From: Eledone cirrhosa
Taxonomy: Eukaryota
Direction of reading: 5' to 3'
Assembly: GCA_964016885.1 (NCBI GenBank)
Contig: OZ024742.1
Coordinates: forward strand, 299,956,001 to 300,020,000
DNA length: 64,000 nucleotides
How positions within the stretch are numbered: the first letter of the stretch is position 1; every line of letters begins with the position of its first letter. Under the pieces are notes generated by a model. It did no database searches. It was not told where the DNA came from and saw nothing but the letters and a program-made list of their open reading frames with translations. Of the stretch, positions 13,051-26,863 are shown one piece after another. Position numbers and translations under genes: made by a program.

Positions 13051-13622
13051 CACCACGGAATCACCCTCTACCCATTCGAAGAGGTAGATCCCTCATCTGG
13101 GACACCACCTGCTGCGACACGTGCTCTGCTTCCAACTTAGTCGCTTCGACCATAAACGCCGGCATCGCGGCCCGCCTCGCAGAAGAACGTAAAAGAATAA
13201 ACAAATTCCGGGCTTTGTCTGGCCGCTTCCTCTTCGTAACGGTCGCCGTCGAAACCTTAGGCGTACTTGGACCCCGTACTGCCGAGCTCCTCCGCAAGAT
13301 CGGAGCATCGGCGGCCCGTCTGAGGAAGGAGCTCCGCGAGGTTGGGTGGCTGTTGCAGCGGGTGTCACTGGCCATCGTCCGCGGAAATGCTTTTGCTATC
13401 TTATCCGCGGGGCGGAACTTCTGCCCTCTTGCCCTAGGCCCGAAGCCCAATAATCCCCCTTCACCCCTCCCCTCTCTTCTGCGGCACCAAAGCTCTTGAC
13501 ATCCCCGCCCCTTGCCGTTATTTTTCTTTTTTTTATTATTTCTCATTTGCACCGTCCTGTATTGTCCTTTGCTGACTTAATGTTATACTTTATGTCAACC
13601 CTTGCGGTTAATAAATAAAGCA
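13051..13622 (+). mobile_element. 3' fragment of a CRE-clade non-LTR retrotransposon (restriction-like endonuclease C-terminus)
   Basis: GC-rich island encoding TLYPFRRGRSLIWDTTCCDT...VAVETLGVLG...LLQRVSLAIVRGNA, followed by a 3' UTR with AATAAA near 13610. Confidence 0.75.
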
Positions 13623-13635
13623 TTATTATTATTAT

Positions 13636-13866
13636 GTCGATAAAATAAAGTACCAGTAATATACTGGGTAATTGCTGGCCTTGTGTCAAAAGTAGAAACA
13701 ATTATTATTATTATTAGTATTATTATTAGTATTATTATGAGTTCAAATCCCGCCGAGGTTGACTTTGCCTTTCATCCTTATGGGGTCGATAAAATAAAGT
13801 ACCAGTAACGCACTGGGTAATTGCTGGCCTTGTGCCTAAAGTAGAACAATTATTAGTATTATTATT
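13636..13866 (+). mobile_element. Two tandem 5'-truncated tRNA-derived SINE copies (Nin/Deu-type central domain)
   Basis: B-box gagttcaaatccc, domain tttgcctttcatcc..ggggtcgataaaataaagtacc, (TTA)n tails. Confidence 0.8.
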
Positions 13867-16397
13867 GTAAATAAATTTTATATAGATATGTAAAAAAAAA
13901 ATTGTATATATATGTGTATTTAATCCACCACTTCATCCTGTTAATCCCACCAACCCTTTCACTAACTCACTATACACCTGCCTTCCCATTTATCACCTGC
14001 CTCCCATTGACCAGTTAAAAAGCTATGGCTATGTCCATTGTCACCCATTATCCTCTTTTTCGCGATCGGGGGGGGGGGGGGGGGGCGAAGGCACTAATCA
14101 CTAAGCCACGCGCATTCACAACGTATCTTATTAAATGAAATATTGAAACCCATACCATGCCCCAATCTGAATCAAACGTGATTTTTTATGGTAATATCCA
14201 ACCGTTACAGTTTCGATTCCTTCGAATATTGTGGGATTTCCTTTTGTGATTAAAACATTGGAAGCATTGCTTAAATATTTGCATCGTTATCCGAGAAAAC
14301 AATGAATTTATCAGTGATATGATACCAGTATTGAATGAGTAGAGAGGCAGTATGGATGAAAATGTCATATCTTTAATCGAGTCTAGTGTTGCACACATTA
14401 GCTTTAGAATAATCAGTTTCATGTAGATGTGCAGGAATTAACATATTCTAGATATATGAATGATTTTTATTCTTTCTTAAAGGAAACTTGATGTATAAAC
14501 ATAGGAAAACTCACAATGTATTGCATTGTATGTGAAAGACTAAGTATATTTTTAATAGTTGCGTTATCGCCTAGTGAGAAGCCTCCAATAAGTCCAACAC
14601 CACGAAAATTTCAATTCTCTTAAGTGTGGTACCTTTATAAATTTCACCCTTTAAGAATAATATAGAACTGAATTCTAGCTAATAAAATTTGGTTTCGCTA
14701 TATAATCCAATTAAAAGTTTATATAACAAAACATTTCAGAATTTCATTCTTAGTCACAATATTACATTAATAGCAAATAAATTTAAGAGATTTTCCCCCA
14801 GATATTTTAAAACAAACTCCTCTTATTTCAATTATATTTGTAAATATATATTTTTTATACATTTGTGTATTTAGTGTGTATACGTACACGTGTACGTGAA
14901 TGTATGTATATTAATATGAGTTAAATTACCCAAAACTATAACACAATCTTTAAGATAAAACTGTTTTGAAGGTCAAAAGAAAAAACAAACTGCGGAAATA
15001 AAAAGAAAAAAAGAACTTACAAAAACTGTATAAGATAGACAAACAAAAATAGTTCCACAAGATTTTGTAGAGAAGTAGAGATGTCGATAGACTAATTAGA
15101 TCAACCGACGAGAGAAAATGAAATGCGAAGAATAAGGAAGCTCAGGTTAAGCTATTAACAAGTTTCTATTGCCATTAATATTTTTCAGTCACTTTTATTT
15201 TATTTTTTTTAAAGTATTATTTATGGTGTGAAAACCGATAAACTGGGAAACATCAATCATTTGTTTTTCTATCCTGGTAGAGTCAGTTTGACCATTTAAA
15301 CTATACGTGCTACAAATATCAATGAAATTTATGTTATGTGAATTTATTTTAATACTTGACTACAAAAGGTGGTGCCCCAGCATGGCCGCAGCCTAATAAC
15401 TGATACTAGTAAGAGCATAAAAAAGAAAAAAATATAACCGAGCCGCATCTTACACAGTTTTTGAAGATACGTGATCGGAAAATAGCTTTTTGAAAAAGAA
15501 GTAGACGGTTGTAACACTCTTAATGTTTTGTTTCACACGAAATTGTATCATCTAATATAAGGGGGAAATTTTAACCCCGACCGCTATAATTCTTTTCATA
15601 AATTTTCACAACCTTCAGATAACCTGACTTTAAGCCTCCTTCAAAACTCGGTGAAGCAAATAAGCTAACTCCTTAAGCACATAGCTAGACCTGCACCTAC
15701 AAAAAATCAAAATAAATAAGAAATGTAGAAGCTTTCGGCGTGAAAATTACCAGAGATGATTCCGTTCCTCTTTACTTCCGCTATAAATATTTTCATCAAA
15801 ATCTCATTTTGCTTCTTCAGTATACTTAAACTTTAGTATTAGCTGTATATATGAAGACATACATAAACATATATAATACATATGGGCTAATCATATGATT
15901 GTTTGCTTGATAATATATTTCTGTAAAATTCCTACTATGTGTTGCAGCCGGCAGATAATACGAGCATTGAAAATATTATCTCTTTAGACCTATGTAACGA
16001 CCGACTCTTTTATAGTCTTGAAAAGGTTAAATAATTTTTCAATATTTTATTCTATTTTCTTACTTTCTGTGATGGTGCTACTAGTTCCTTTTTATCACCA
16101 CATTTCTCACACCCAGAGCAGGCACAAATATTGCAAAGCATTTTAATCCGGCTTTGCCAATTCCCCACCGTATCTTATTCTGTCTATTTGCTGATCACCA
16201 ATTTATATTTTCTGTCAGGAAAGCTTACGTAAGCAAAAGATTGTTTTGTTTTTTTTCGCTCTAATGTTTGATATAACATAGAATATAAATGTATAATGAC
16301 GGTAGATGACAAATGATGTCATTATAATATAACGATTTCACACACCCACACACACATATACTGTATATGCATATATATATATATATGCATATATATT

Positions 16398-17232
16398 CAA
16401 ATAAAAAAGAAAACTTTTTTCGCTCTACATGGCTGAATACAATAAGTGTAATCTGAGTTTTTCGAATATTAATAATAATATTCGATTCGTTTGCATTTAT
16501 GGAAACAAGCCTCATTTTTATAGCCATGTCAATAGAATGAACCCCTCATTCTTTCTCTTGTGTTGGCATGTAAAAAGAACCGCAGAGACCAATGTTTATG
16601 GGTATCACCCTTCATCAGTTCAGCCCACCGTTCACCTGCAAACTGTCAGATCCAGTGAAAATACATGCTATTTTCCAAAATATACAGTGACTGATCGGCC
16701 CGATTTGCATATTAGCAGACTGGCTGATCAGTCAGATCCGCATATTAGCAGATCCACTGATCAGCCAGATTTGCATATCAGACTGGGCAGTCAGTTTCCT
16801 GTATACGAGTGATAAATGGCCGACTTTACCAAATTCAAATGAAAAAAAAAGAAAATTTTCGCTCTACATGGCTGAATACAATAAATGTAATCTGAGGTTT
16901 TCGAATATTAATAATAACATTCGATTCGTTTGCAATTATGCAAACATGGCTGATCAGCCAGTCTGCCAATATGCAAATCGGGCCGATCAGTCTGTGTATA
17001 TTTTGGAAAATAGCATATATTTTCACTGGCTCTGACAGTTGGTAGGTGAACGGTGGGATGTACTGATGAAGGGTGATACCCAGAAACATTGGTGTCTGCG
17101 GTTCTGTTTACATGCCAACACAGAAGCGAGAATGAGGGGTTCATTCTACTGAGATGGCTATAAAAATGAGGCTCGTTTGCATATTGAAAACGAATCGAAT
17201 GTTATTATTAATATTCGAAAAACTCAGATTAG
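16398..17232. mobile_element. Tandem plus inverted non-coding element with degenerate hammerheads
   Basis: ~16449-16730 is inverted at ~16950-17230, and 16398-16500 is directly repeated at 16836-16940. CTGATGA-agggtgataccca-GAAA at 17063-17086. Confidence 0.8.
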
Positions 17233-17414
17233 TTATTTGTATAGGGAATGTTTCCACGAACCAAAGTATCGTCTTCCTGTCTTCCTTCAGTTGCAACGTT
17301 TTTCGAAATATTTACTTCTGTGTTCACATATTGATTTTTTTTAGTTTCTGAAGATCCCGTTAAGGGTGAAAACAGCGATTCTTTGCTTAAACTTGAATCT
17401 GTTATTTTAATAAA

Positions 17415-17446
<32 letters not shown>

Positions 17447-20400
17447 ACTTTGATAACTTTGATAGGTTTCGGCCAGTATTGGCCCAGGCCATGTCTAACT
17501 CAATAGCACCACCTGGCGAAGTCTTACAAATCAGTGTTTGGGCAGCATGGCCCACTCGAGTAGAGAGTTATTGTTCACGGAGACATATCCGGGTGTAGGA
17601 GGCTTATACGGGATTTCTTGAAGGAATTTCTCCAAAGACTTCTTGAACTTGATGGGGTTTGTTTCTGCTTTGATGTAATGTTAAAGAGAGCAGGGCCAAT
17701 TGAGGTGAAATAATTGTGCCGTATTGTTGTTATGAGATGCGAGTGAGATTTTTGTCGTGGGCGAATAGAACGAGGCCCAAGCCTTGGGTGCACATTAAAG
17801 GTGATCCCAACATCATTTGGGCAAAGCTGATGGAATATTTTCCACATCATGCAGATAATGTAGCGCTCACGGCGACGTTGGAGAGAATAAAGTTTGTGCT
17901 TTTCTAATCGACTCCAATAGTCAAGGCTTGTCATGCTCTCTATCTTTTTTGTAATCGATCTTTGGGGTGCTTCAATTTTCATGATACTTTGTTTCATGTG
18001 GGGAGACCACAGTGGACAACAGTATTCAAGGTGGGGTCGGGCAAAAGTGGAGAAGAGAAGGATAACAGTGTGGATATCTCTCGACTGGAAGGTTCTGAGA
18101 ATCCAGGAACACATTCTGCGAGCCATGTCAACTTTGCTGTTTATATGAGTAACCCAGCTTATGTTGTTGTCCACAATTACTCCCAGGTCTCTGATGTTGT
18201 TGGATGCCACTAGAGTTTCACCCGAAGGAAGAGAGTATGGTAGTTTCAGGGCAACTTTTTTCCAAAGTGGATCAAGTCAAACTTATCCTCATTCAACAGC
18301 ATATTATTCTTTTCTGCCCATTGGATAACAGCCAGTAGGTCTGACTGAAGGCAAGTCCGGTCATCCACCTCATTGATGATCCTTTGGAGCTTGGAATCAT
18401 CTGCGAAGATTCTTATGCTCCTGTGCTTGATGATGTCAGTAATGTCATTAATATAGATGTTGAAAAGAAGTGGGTCCAACACAGTGCCTTGTGGGACGCC
18501 ACTGCTGACTTTGGCAGGGCTTGAATTTACTCCTTCGACTACAACATGCTGGGTTCTGTCTGTCAGGAAACATTTGATCCACTGTAGTAACTTTCCAGAG
18601 ACACCAATATTGGATAGTTTTTCAGTAGAATCTTATGATCAACCCTGTCAAAGGTCTTGCTGAAATCAAGGTAGATGACATCAGTGTTGGAGCCCTCTCC
18701 CAAGGCTCTCAAAACATCGTCAAAGTGATGGAGGAGCTGCGTTAGGCAGTCCCTTCCATTACGGAACCCATGTTGGTTGGAGTTCAGCAGGCCGTTGCTT
18801 TCAAGAAAGTGGGTTATTCGTGATCTCACCACCTTCTCAAATACTTTGATAATATGAGAGGTGAGTGAGATCGGACGGTAGTTCACTGCAAGGGACTTAT
18901 TTCCCATTTTGAAGACTGGGACAACGGACTGGGACAGAAATTTTTAGGAATATAGCCAGTATCCAGTGAGTTCCTCCACAGATTAGCAAGAGGAGATGCA
19001 AGTTGGAGTCGACTCACCTTCAGGACACAAGCAGGAAACCTGTCGGGGCCTACTGCTGAATTGTGTTTAATTTCGTTTATTGCCGCTAAGACATCAGGGG
19101 CGCCAAACGTTATGTCCGATATAGTGCGTAGGGGATTAACATCACTGATACAGCCCAGATCGGCCATATCAGGATTGCTGAAAACAGAGCAGTATTGTTT
19201 CTGCAGTATCTCGCCCATGCAGTATCTCGCCCATGCAGTATCTCGCCCATTATCTTGGAGTGTGCCATTTTCATCAACTAGAGGGCCAACAGAGGAGACG
19301 GTGACCTTGTGTTTTTTAGCAAATGAAAAGAACACTTTGCGGTTGAGTTTGATGTTCTCAATGGCCCACCTCTCTTCGGCTGTTCTCTGGTTATTGATGA
19401 TGGTCTTCATACATTGTTGGAGGTTATATTTTTTTTATTCAAGCAAGGCGATAGCCGTCGAATGTGTGTGTTGCTGTTGGCAGTATTTTAGTGTGTTCAT
19501 TTCTTTGTTCTTTTTATTTTTCTGATAATTGTTTTTCTGTTTTGGGGGATACTGCACTTAGTTTTGTTCACAGGTTTTGGTGGGGTGTGTTTTGTACATA
19601 TATTTGTGACACTGTCTACAAAGATCTGCCAAGATGTTTTGATGTTGGTGGAAATGTGTGTAAAAGACCAGTCGACATGTGATAGCTCGTTCATAATTGC
19701 ATCCCAGTTGGCATTGTAGAGATCCATGTTATCAAATGGGTGGGCTTGAAAAGGTTCCTAGGATGTGGAATCTCACGTTAGAAAAAACAATGTCATGATC
19801 TGAGAGAAGGGTTTTTTCCACTGTAATATTATGTATAGTGTTAGTGTGGTTACTAAACACTAGATCCAAAATGTTCTTCTGATGCCGTGTTAGTGCAAGG
19901 ACAAGTTGGGACAAGAAAAACTCATCCATGAAGTCAAGAAGTGACTCGACTGCTTCCTTGTCAGTGGTTGAGGTTGGAGTGCCTGGTTTCAAACTGCTTG
20001 TAGACCAATCGACACAGAGTAGATTAAAGTCTCCCATCAAAAGTATGTTGCTAGAATGGCATTGTTTAATAAAGCATTTAATGCTGTTGAGGCATGTGAA
20101 GCAGATTATGGATGTTTGTGGTGGCCTAGAGAGCCCAACTAATATCAGGTCATTGGCTTTGTTGTACACTGACTGATTCACAGTAGCCATTGGTGAATGT
20201 TTTGTTACCATCTGCTGCAAAGGAATCATGCAGGAAAATGACAGTTTCACCCTTCCTTCTGCCAACACGATCCGCGCGGATGGTTGTGAAATTCCTCGCT
20301 CTTACTTCGGCCGCCAAGTGGGATTTGTCAAGGTGGGTCTCAGTAAGAATGAAGAAGGGGATATGAAATGGATGGTTACCAACCCAATCCTCAATGATTG

Positions 20401-20490
20401 GATCTTCCATTTCTGTGCATTGATGGATGGGCTGATACCTTGTGTATTGAGTAAAAATGTGGAGGCTAGTGTGGTGGCTGGTTTTGACTG
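17447..20490 (-). pseudogene. CR1/L2-group LINE ORF2 relic (APE endonuclease plus RT)
   Basis: Frameshifted pieces: ILTETHL, LMGDFNL, LDLVFSN, SDHD; NYRPISLTS, QHGFR, YLDFSKTFD, FADDSKL, RPHLEYCCPLWSPH. Short tandem (TATCAAAGT) tail; both ends in (TA)n; 16-bp triplication at 19203-19250. Confidence 0.9.
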
Positions 20491-20518
20491 TATAATATAT
20501 ATATATATATAAATATAT

Positions 20519-20688
20519 ATAGGAGTAAGTAAGACCCCGACGGCTGAGCTCAAGCCGTTTCGACGGCTAATTCTGTACTGAAAGATTCGTCGGGGTCTTA
20601 CTTACTCCTATTACCCACTCTACTACCCTAAGTATTGAGTACTTTGGTGCGTTATGGTCCACCTGGTTCCTTACCACTTTTCCCTCGC

Positions 20689-20690
<2 letters not shown>
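20519..20690. mobile_element. Small fold-back element in (TA)n with the 3' half of a hammerhead
   Basis: 24-bp inverted repeat ataggagtaagtaagaccccgacg/cgtcggggtcttacttactcctat. Minus strand reads GAAAC-GGC..GCC-GTC. Related fragment at ~28038-28090. Confidence 0.6.
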
Positions 20691-20783
<93 letters not shown>

Positions 20784-21210
20784 ATATATATATATATATA
20801 TAATATATATATATATATATAATATATAATATATATATATAATATATATATATATATATAATATATAATATATATATATAATATATAATATATATATATA
20901 TATATATATAATATATAATATATATATATATATATAATATATATATATAATATATATATATATATAATATATATATATATATAATATATATACATACATA
21001 TATATATATAAATGTATATAATATATATATAAATGTATATATATATATATATAAATGTATATATATATATATTAATATTTGATAAACATTTACATTCTGC
21101 TCAGAAGCGATTCTTAGAGCTGAAATAATTGTAAATGACCCCATTGAGTGTAAACTCTAAGTTATATTATATATATATACATATACATATATATAAATAT
21201 ATATATATAT

Positions 21211-21548
21211 ATGCAAAAGTTCTATTTAAATTGTTGGGATACAACAAGCAAATATTTTTATAACTGACAAGTATTTGGAGTAAATATACGATATTAACAA
21301 ATGGATACTATATTTATAAAACCATATCTATTTTATTATACATATTTCAAGGATACCATGTTAAATTATGGTATGCTTTCATCAGACAAAATACAATATA
21401 TACCAGTTTTATAAATAAATATTGACATACCCTTACAAAATGCAACCGTTACTTTCGGAAGACATATAAAACTGGAATATATTGTAATTTTGTCTGATGA
21501 AAGCATACCATTCTTAGAAGTATTCATTGAACCTTGTTTAACTCTTAA

Positions 21549-21550
<2 letters not shown>
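21211..21550 (-). mobile_element. Repeat family in (TA)n with a hammerhead-like motif and partial inversion (other copies 31496-31880 and ~63700-63830)
   Basis: About 250 bp nearly identical to 31496-31750. Minus strand reads CTGATGA-aagcataccat..atggtatcctt-GAAA-tatg-TA; stem I is weak. Confidence 0.7.
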
Positions 21551-21625
<75 letters not shown>

Positions 21626-21842
21626 TGCCCCCTCGTTATCAAGGTATGGCCATTGCACAGGAAAAAAAAAAATAAATAAAATTAAATTAAAAAAAAATAA
21701 AATAAAATAAAAAAATAATAATAATAATAATAAATAAATTTAAAAAAAAAAAAAGAAATATATATATATATATACATACATATATACATACACACATACA
21801 TACACATACACTCACATATATATACACACATACATTAATAAC

Positions 21843-21874
<32 letters not shown>

Positions 21875-21877
<3 letters not shown>

Positions 21878-22236
21878 GGTCGTGCCTGATTGTGGATGTG
21901 GCCTGCCCGTTCGACACGAGAGTGCAAGAGAAGGAGAGGGAGAAAATTAACCGATACCAGGACCTAAAGTGGGAGGTGAAAAGGATTTGGAACTGCCATG
22001 AAGTCAAAGTGATCCCGATTGTCATAGGCGCACTGGGGACTATCTCCAAAGGTTTCCAGGGATGGTTAAAGAAAATCGGCCCCTTCACGCTTTTTGGAAC
22101 GCTTCAAAAGGCATGCTTGCTTGGAACGGCAAGAACCCTCCGATACGTCCTGAATATCTGAGGCTGCAGGTAGTGGCTTGATATTCAATCCAACGGACTT
22201 TCCAGTTAACCAACATCAATGACTGAGATTCAAGGA
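21875..22236 (+). mobile_element. 5'-truncated R4/Dong-like retrotransposon end inserted in (TAA)n
   Basis: RLE C-terminus IVDVACPFD..EKEREKINRYQDLKWEVKRIW..VIPIVIGALG..LQKACLLGTARTLR; TAA repeats on both sides. Confidence 0.82.
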
Positions 22237-22337
22237 ATAACAATAACAATAATAGCAATAATAATAATAACGACAACAACAATAATAATATACATATTCA
22301 TATGTATATACACACACACACGCACGCACATAAGCAC

Positions 22338-22401
<64 letters not shown>

Positions 22402-22407
22402 TAGCAA

Positions 22408-25400
22408 CTAACAGTGCTGCGATCGAATGTGGCTTTTTAGCCCAGCCAATGATCTAAAATGTCTTGCACAGAGTCGGCAACCAAAACATTCACTGGGAAT
22501 AGTCGGCTGTGGTTGGAGTTCGTGTACTTTTGCATGTCGCTTGAGCCCTCCTGCTGATTTACATTCTCTACCACATGTTTGGCAAGCATGATGAGTAGCA
22601 TCTCCAACAGCAGCCTGGTAGTCAACCACTGGTCTTACTTTATGACTGCGAAGATGACTTTCGAGTCCAGCTTTGCTTAGGCAGAGTCTCGCACAGACGC
22701 TGCATGTCAGAACCATAGGAGGACCCTCGCCGTCTGGAAGTGCAACAGCAATGCCCTTCCTCACGTCCCGCTTTACTTTCTCGTGTGCGATTCGAGATGC
22801 CTCAAAGGCAACTTTTCCCTCATATACAGTCTTTCTCCATTTATTACGATCAGCAGCAATATTTTCCCATGTATCAGCAGAGATGTTAGCGTCTTTCAGA
22901 GAGGCTTTCAAGGAATCCTTATACCTCTTTTTTGGTTTATGTGGCGGTCGTTTTCCTTTAACCAACTCTTCATAGAAGAGTTGTTTTGGTATTCTAGAAT
23001 CCTTCATCCTGGCAAGGTGACCACTCCAACGGAGTCGTTGCTTAAGCACAAGAGCTTCTATACTGTCACACATAGAGCTTTCCAAAATTTCGACATCACT
23101 GATGTGGTCCCTCCAGTGAACGCCATGGATCCGTCTGAGACACATCTGATGGAAACGCTCCAATTGCTTAAGGTGGCGTCGATATGTGACCCAGGTCTCG
23201 CAGGCATAAAGAAGACAAGAGAGTACACATGCCCTGTACACCCTTACCTTTGTCCTCCTGCATATGTCTCGCCGACCCCAGAGTCGCCTTTCTAGCTTTC
23301 CGAAAGCATCACTTGCTTTCCTAATCCTAAGTGAGATTTCACTGTCAAGGTTGCCGTATCGATTGACAGTGCTTCCCAGGTAGACAAACTGATCAACCAC
23401 TCCAAGTCGTTTGCCATACACATAGATGTTTGGTTCAGTGTACTGCTTACTAGGGGCAGGTTGGTACATGACGACGGTTTTCTTGAGACTGACAGTCAAA
23501 CCCAGGGCAGTGCAAGCGTCAGAAAATACATTCAAAATGTGCTGCATATCACTCTCTGTGTGCGCTACAAGATCGCAATCATCTGCATACAAGAGGTCTC
23601 TTATGACTGATGTAAATACTTTTGTCTTCGCAGCAAGCGCCTGATGTTAAATATGCTGCCTGAGGTTCGATATCGGATGTAAACACCATGCTCGCAATTC
23701 CTGAATGCAATACAGAAAACCATTGCAAAGTATATGGCAAACAGGGTCGGTGCTGGAATATCCCCCTGTTTCACTCCATTTTTTACTGAGATAGGCTCCG
23801 ACATGTTACCTCCGACATTAACCCAAGCCTTCATGTCGTCATGGAAAGACCTAACTAAAGCAAGGAACTTATCAGGGCAACCAATTTTCTGGAGAACCTT
23901 CCATAATGCATCTCTGTTGACAGTATCGAAATCCTTTGTCAGATCGACAAAAACCTGATACAGATCAAAGCCCTGTTCAATGCACTTCTCCTGGAGCTGT
24001 CTAGCTGAGAAGATCATATCAGTAGTGCCGCGTCCAGCACGAAAACCAGATTGACTTTCAGGAAGGACACAATCTGCAATGTGTGTCAGCAGACGGTCCA
24101 GAAGCACCCTACATAAAACTTTCCCTACGACAGAAAGCAATGATATACCTCTGTAGTTCCCACAATCATTCCTGTTACCCTTTCCCTTGTACAAGACCAC
24201 CATTACTGCATCTCTCCAGTCCTCAGGCACGGATTCATTAGCCCATATCCTTCCAAACAGAGAGTGAAGATGTTGCAGGAGTCTCTCACCACCATATTGT
24301 AGGAGCTCAGCATGTATGCCATCCATACCTGGAGATTTTCCACTCTTCAGCTTCGAAATAGCCACTGCAACCTCCACAAGCGTCGGAGGTTCTGCGAGAG
24401 CTACTTTCACAGGACTTTCCGGAATGAGATTGAGGAAATCTTCACTGACGACAGACGGCTGATTCAAAAGATCATCAAAGTGCTCTCGCCACCTTCGTAG
24501 AATTCCCTGTGAGTCACGAAGAAGTTCTTTGCCATCCTTGCTGCGAATCGGTGTCACCAGAGAAGAAGACGGTCCATAAACCTCACCCAAGAGACTGTAC
24601 AACAGCTTTGTGTTATTGCAATCAGACGCAGTTTGTATCTCACCAGCCTTCTCACTCCACCACTGATCCTTCATCTGAGAAAGACTCCGCCTAACACGTG
24701 ATTTTACATCCCTGAGCTCCTCATGCAACGTATTCCTCTCCTGTGGTTTTGCCGTCAAGTAGCGTGACAGAGCACGCCTCTTATCAGCCAACAAGTCTTC
24801 TATATGTACATCATTCTCATTAAACCAGTCCTGATGTTTTCTCTGCACCAATCCCAGAACACGTCTGCCTACATCATAAACCGACTTTTTAAGGGTCGGC
24901 CAATCCTCACCAAGATCTGCAGCCTGCATCTCTTCTTCCAATGTCCTCTTCACATTTTTATCCTTAAGACGAGCAGCATTCAATCTTTTGGGCAGGGTAA
25001 CACCAGGAGCCCGGATTTTACGTTTGGTGATTAGATTCACTTTTGCGCGTACCAGGCGGTGGTCCGTCCAGCACTCAGCTCCACGAAGAACACGAACACA
25101 CTGCACATCCTGTCTGTCACGCATCCTGACTAGGACGTAGTCCAAAAGATACCATTCCTTAGATGCAGGATGCATCCATGTGGTCTTGAATTTGTTCTTT
25201 TGTTGGAACATGGTGTTGGTAACACACAGATCCAGCTCCTCACACACCTGCAGCAAGAGCATACCATTGCTGTTACACTTTCCCACCCCATGCCTTCCGA
25301 TTACATTCCATGTGTTAAAATCCCTACCCACTCTAGCATTAAAGTCACCAAGCACGATGACTTTGTCTGCCTGAGGGATATTTCTTAGAACACCTTTCAA

Positions 25401-25800
25401 GGCATGGTAAAAGGACAGTTTTTCTTCATCGACAGAATTCATAGTTGGAGCATACACACTCACCAGGGTAGCATATCTTCCCTTGTCCAGCGGAACTCTC
25501 ATGGACATAAGACGCTCACTAATCCCTACTGCGAATTCTTCTAATTTATTCACCAGTACAGTCTTAACAGCAAATCCTACCCCAGCCTCTCTTCTGGTTC
25601 CTTCATCTCTTCCTTTCCAGAAGAATGTATATTCTCCACAAAACTCCGTAAGATGACCATCTCCAGCTAACCTCGTCTCAGATAAAGCCACGATGTCAAG
25701 ATCGTAACGTCGAAGCTCCTTTGCAACAAGAGCGGTCCTTCGTTCAGGACGCTCCAAAGAATCCCTGTCAAGCAGCGTCCGTACGTTCCAGCGTCCGTAC
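22408..25800 (-). pseudogene. RTE polyprotein: APE endonuclease, RT and three C-terminal C2H2 zinc fingers; one frameshift near 23630
   Basis: WNVRTL, ALSETR, LGDFNARVG, TDH; NYRGISLLS, QSGFR, GVKQG, YADD; three CxxC-x12-H fingers. Confidence 0.93.
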
Positions 25801-26485
25801 TGTTTGGCTCTATTACAATGGCACGATGACGGGCGGGCCCAGGTTGTGATAACTTGGGGCCCCTGCCCTTATTGCCAATGATCTTTTTTGTTCCAGAACC
25901 CAAATTGGCAATTATCTCGTTTACATTGTTCTGGAACATCATTGAATTGGAAAAAAAAAAAAAAAATTGGAAAAAAAAAAAAAAAAAAAAAAAAAAGTAA
26001 TAATAATAGTAATAATAATAATAATAATAATAATAGTACACTATTAATAATTATTAATGCACTCGTGCAATGCCTGTGCGTGACGAATATTTTTAAAGTG
26101 AGGAAAGACTGTGCACTGAGCCAATCCCACTCTCTGAGTGACAGTAGCTATAACCCGAAAAGAAGAAAAGATCAACATCATCTGAGTCGTAACTACTGAG
26201 CCGCAGGTTTTATATCGGAGTTAACCCAGTTTCCTGAGATGCCTTCTCCTAGAAGAATACCCTGACAAGGGCTAGGGGTTCTTCACTCCCAGTGGTTTAA
26301 CTGCGCGATCGGGCATCCAGCCCGATTATTTCTATGTCCCCACGCAAAAAAAAAAAAAATAAAATAAAAATAACTTATTGACACTTATATGTACGACATA
26401 CACACACACGCATACATATGCGCGCACACAGCAACACTCATACATACAACAAACACACACACACGCTACTCTACTCACTTACACG

Positions 26486-26532
<47 letters not shown>

Positions 26533-26831
26533 CCGTCATTACTGATACAAGATTACAAGATTATGTCAACTGTTGACTTTCAAGAGTTTGTATAGTTGAA
26601 GCCGATCGTATTACAGTCCAGTATTACTATAATTGCTTTACAGCATAGAGTTATGGCTCTCCACGGAGTCAACAAAAGAGAGTACCAGTGATGCGCTGGG
26701 TCAGTCGCTGGATCCGTGCCAAAAGCAGAAAAATTATTATTAAAGTTGTTCTTAAGGCCAGGTCGCTGGTGATGGTGATGGCGGCGGCGGTGGCGGTGGT
26801 GGTGGTGGTGGCAGTTGATGTTGTTGTTGTG

Positions 26832-26863
<32 letters not shown>

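Larger units (their letters stand above)
21619..25810 (-). mobile_element. RTE (BovB-like) LINE, near-complete ORF, with insertions in its 3' UTR
   Basis: ORFs 23601..25757 and 22408..23592. Probable 3' terminus ...gagggggcagccatc at 21619-21662, next to (TA)n. Confidence 0.85.
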
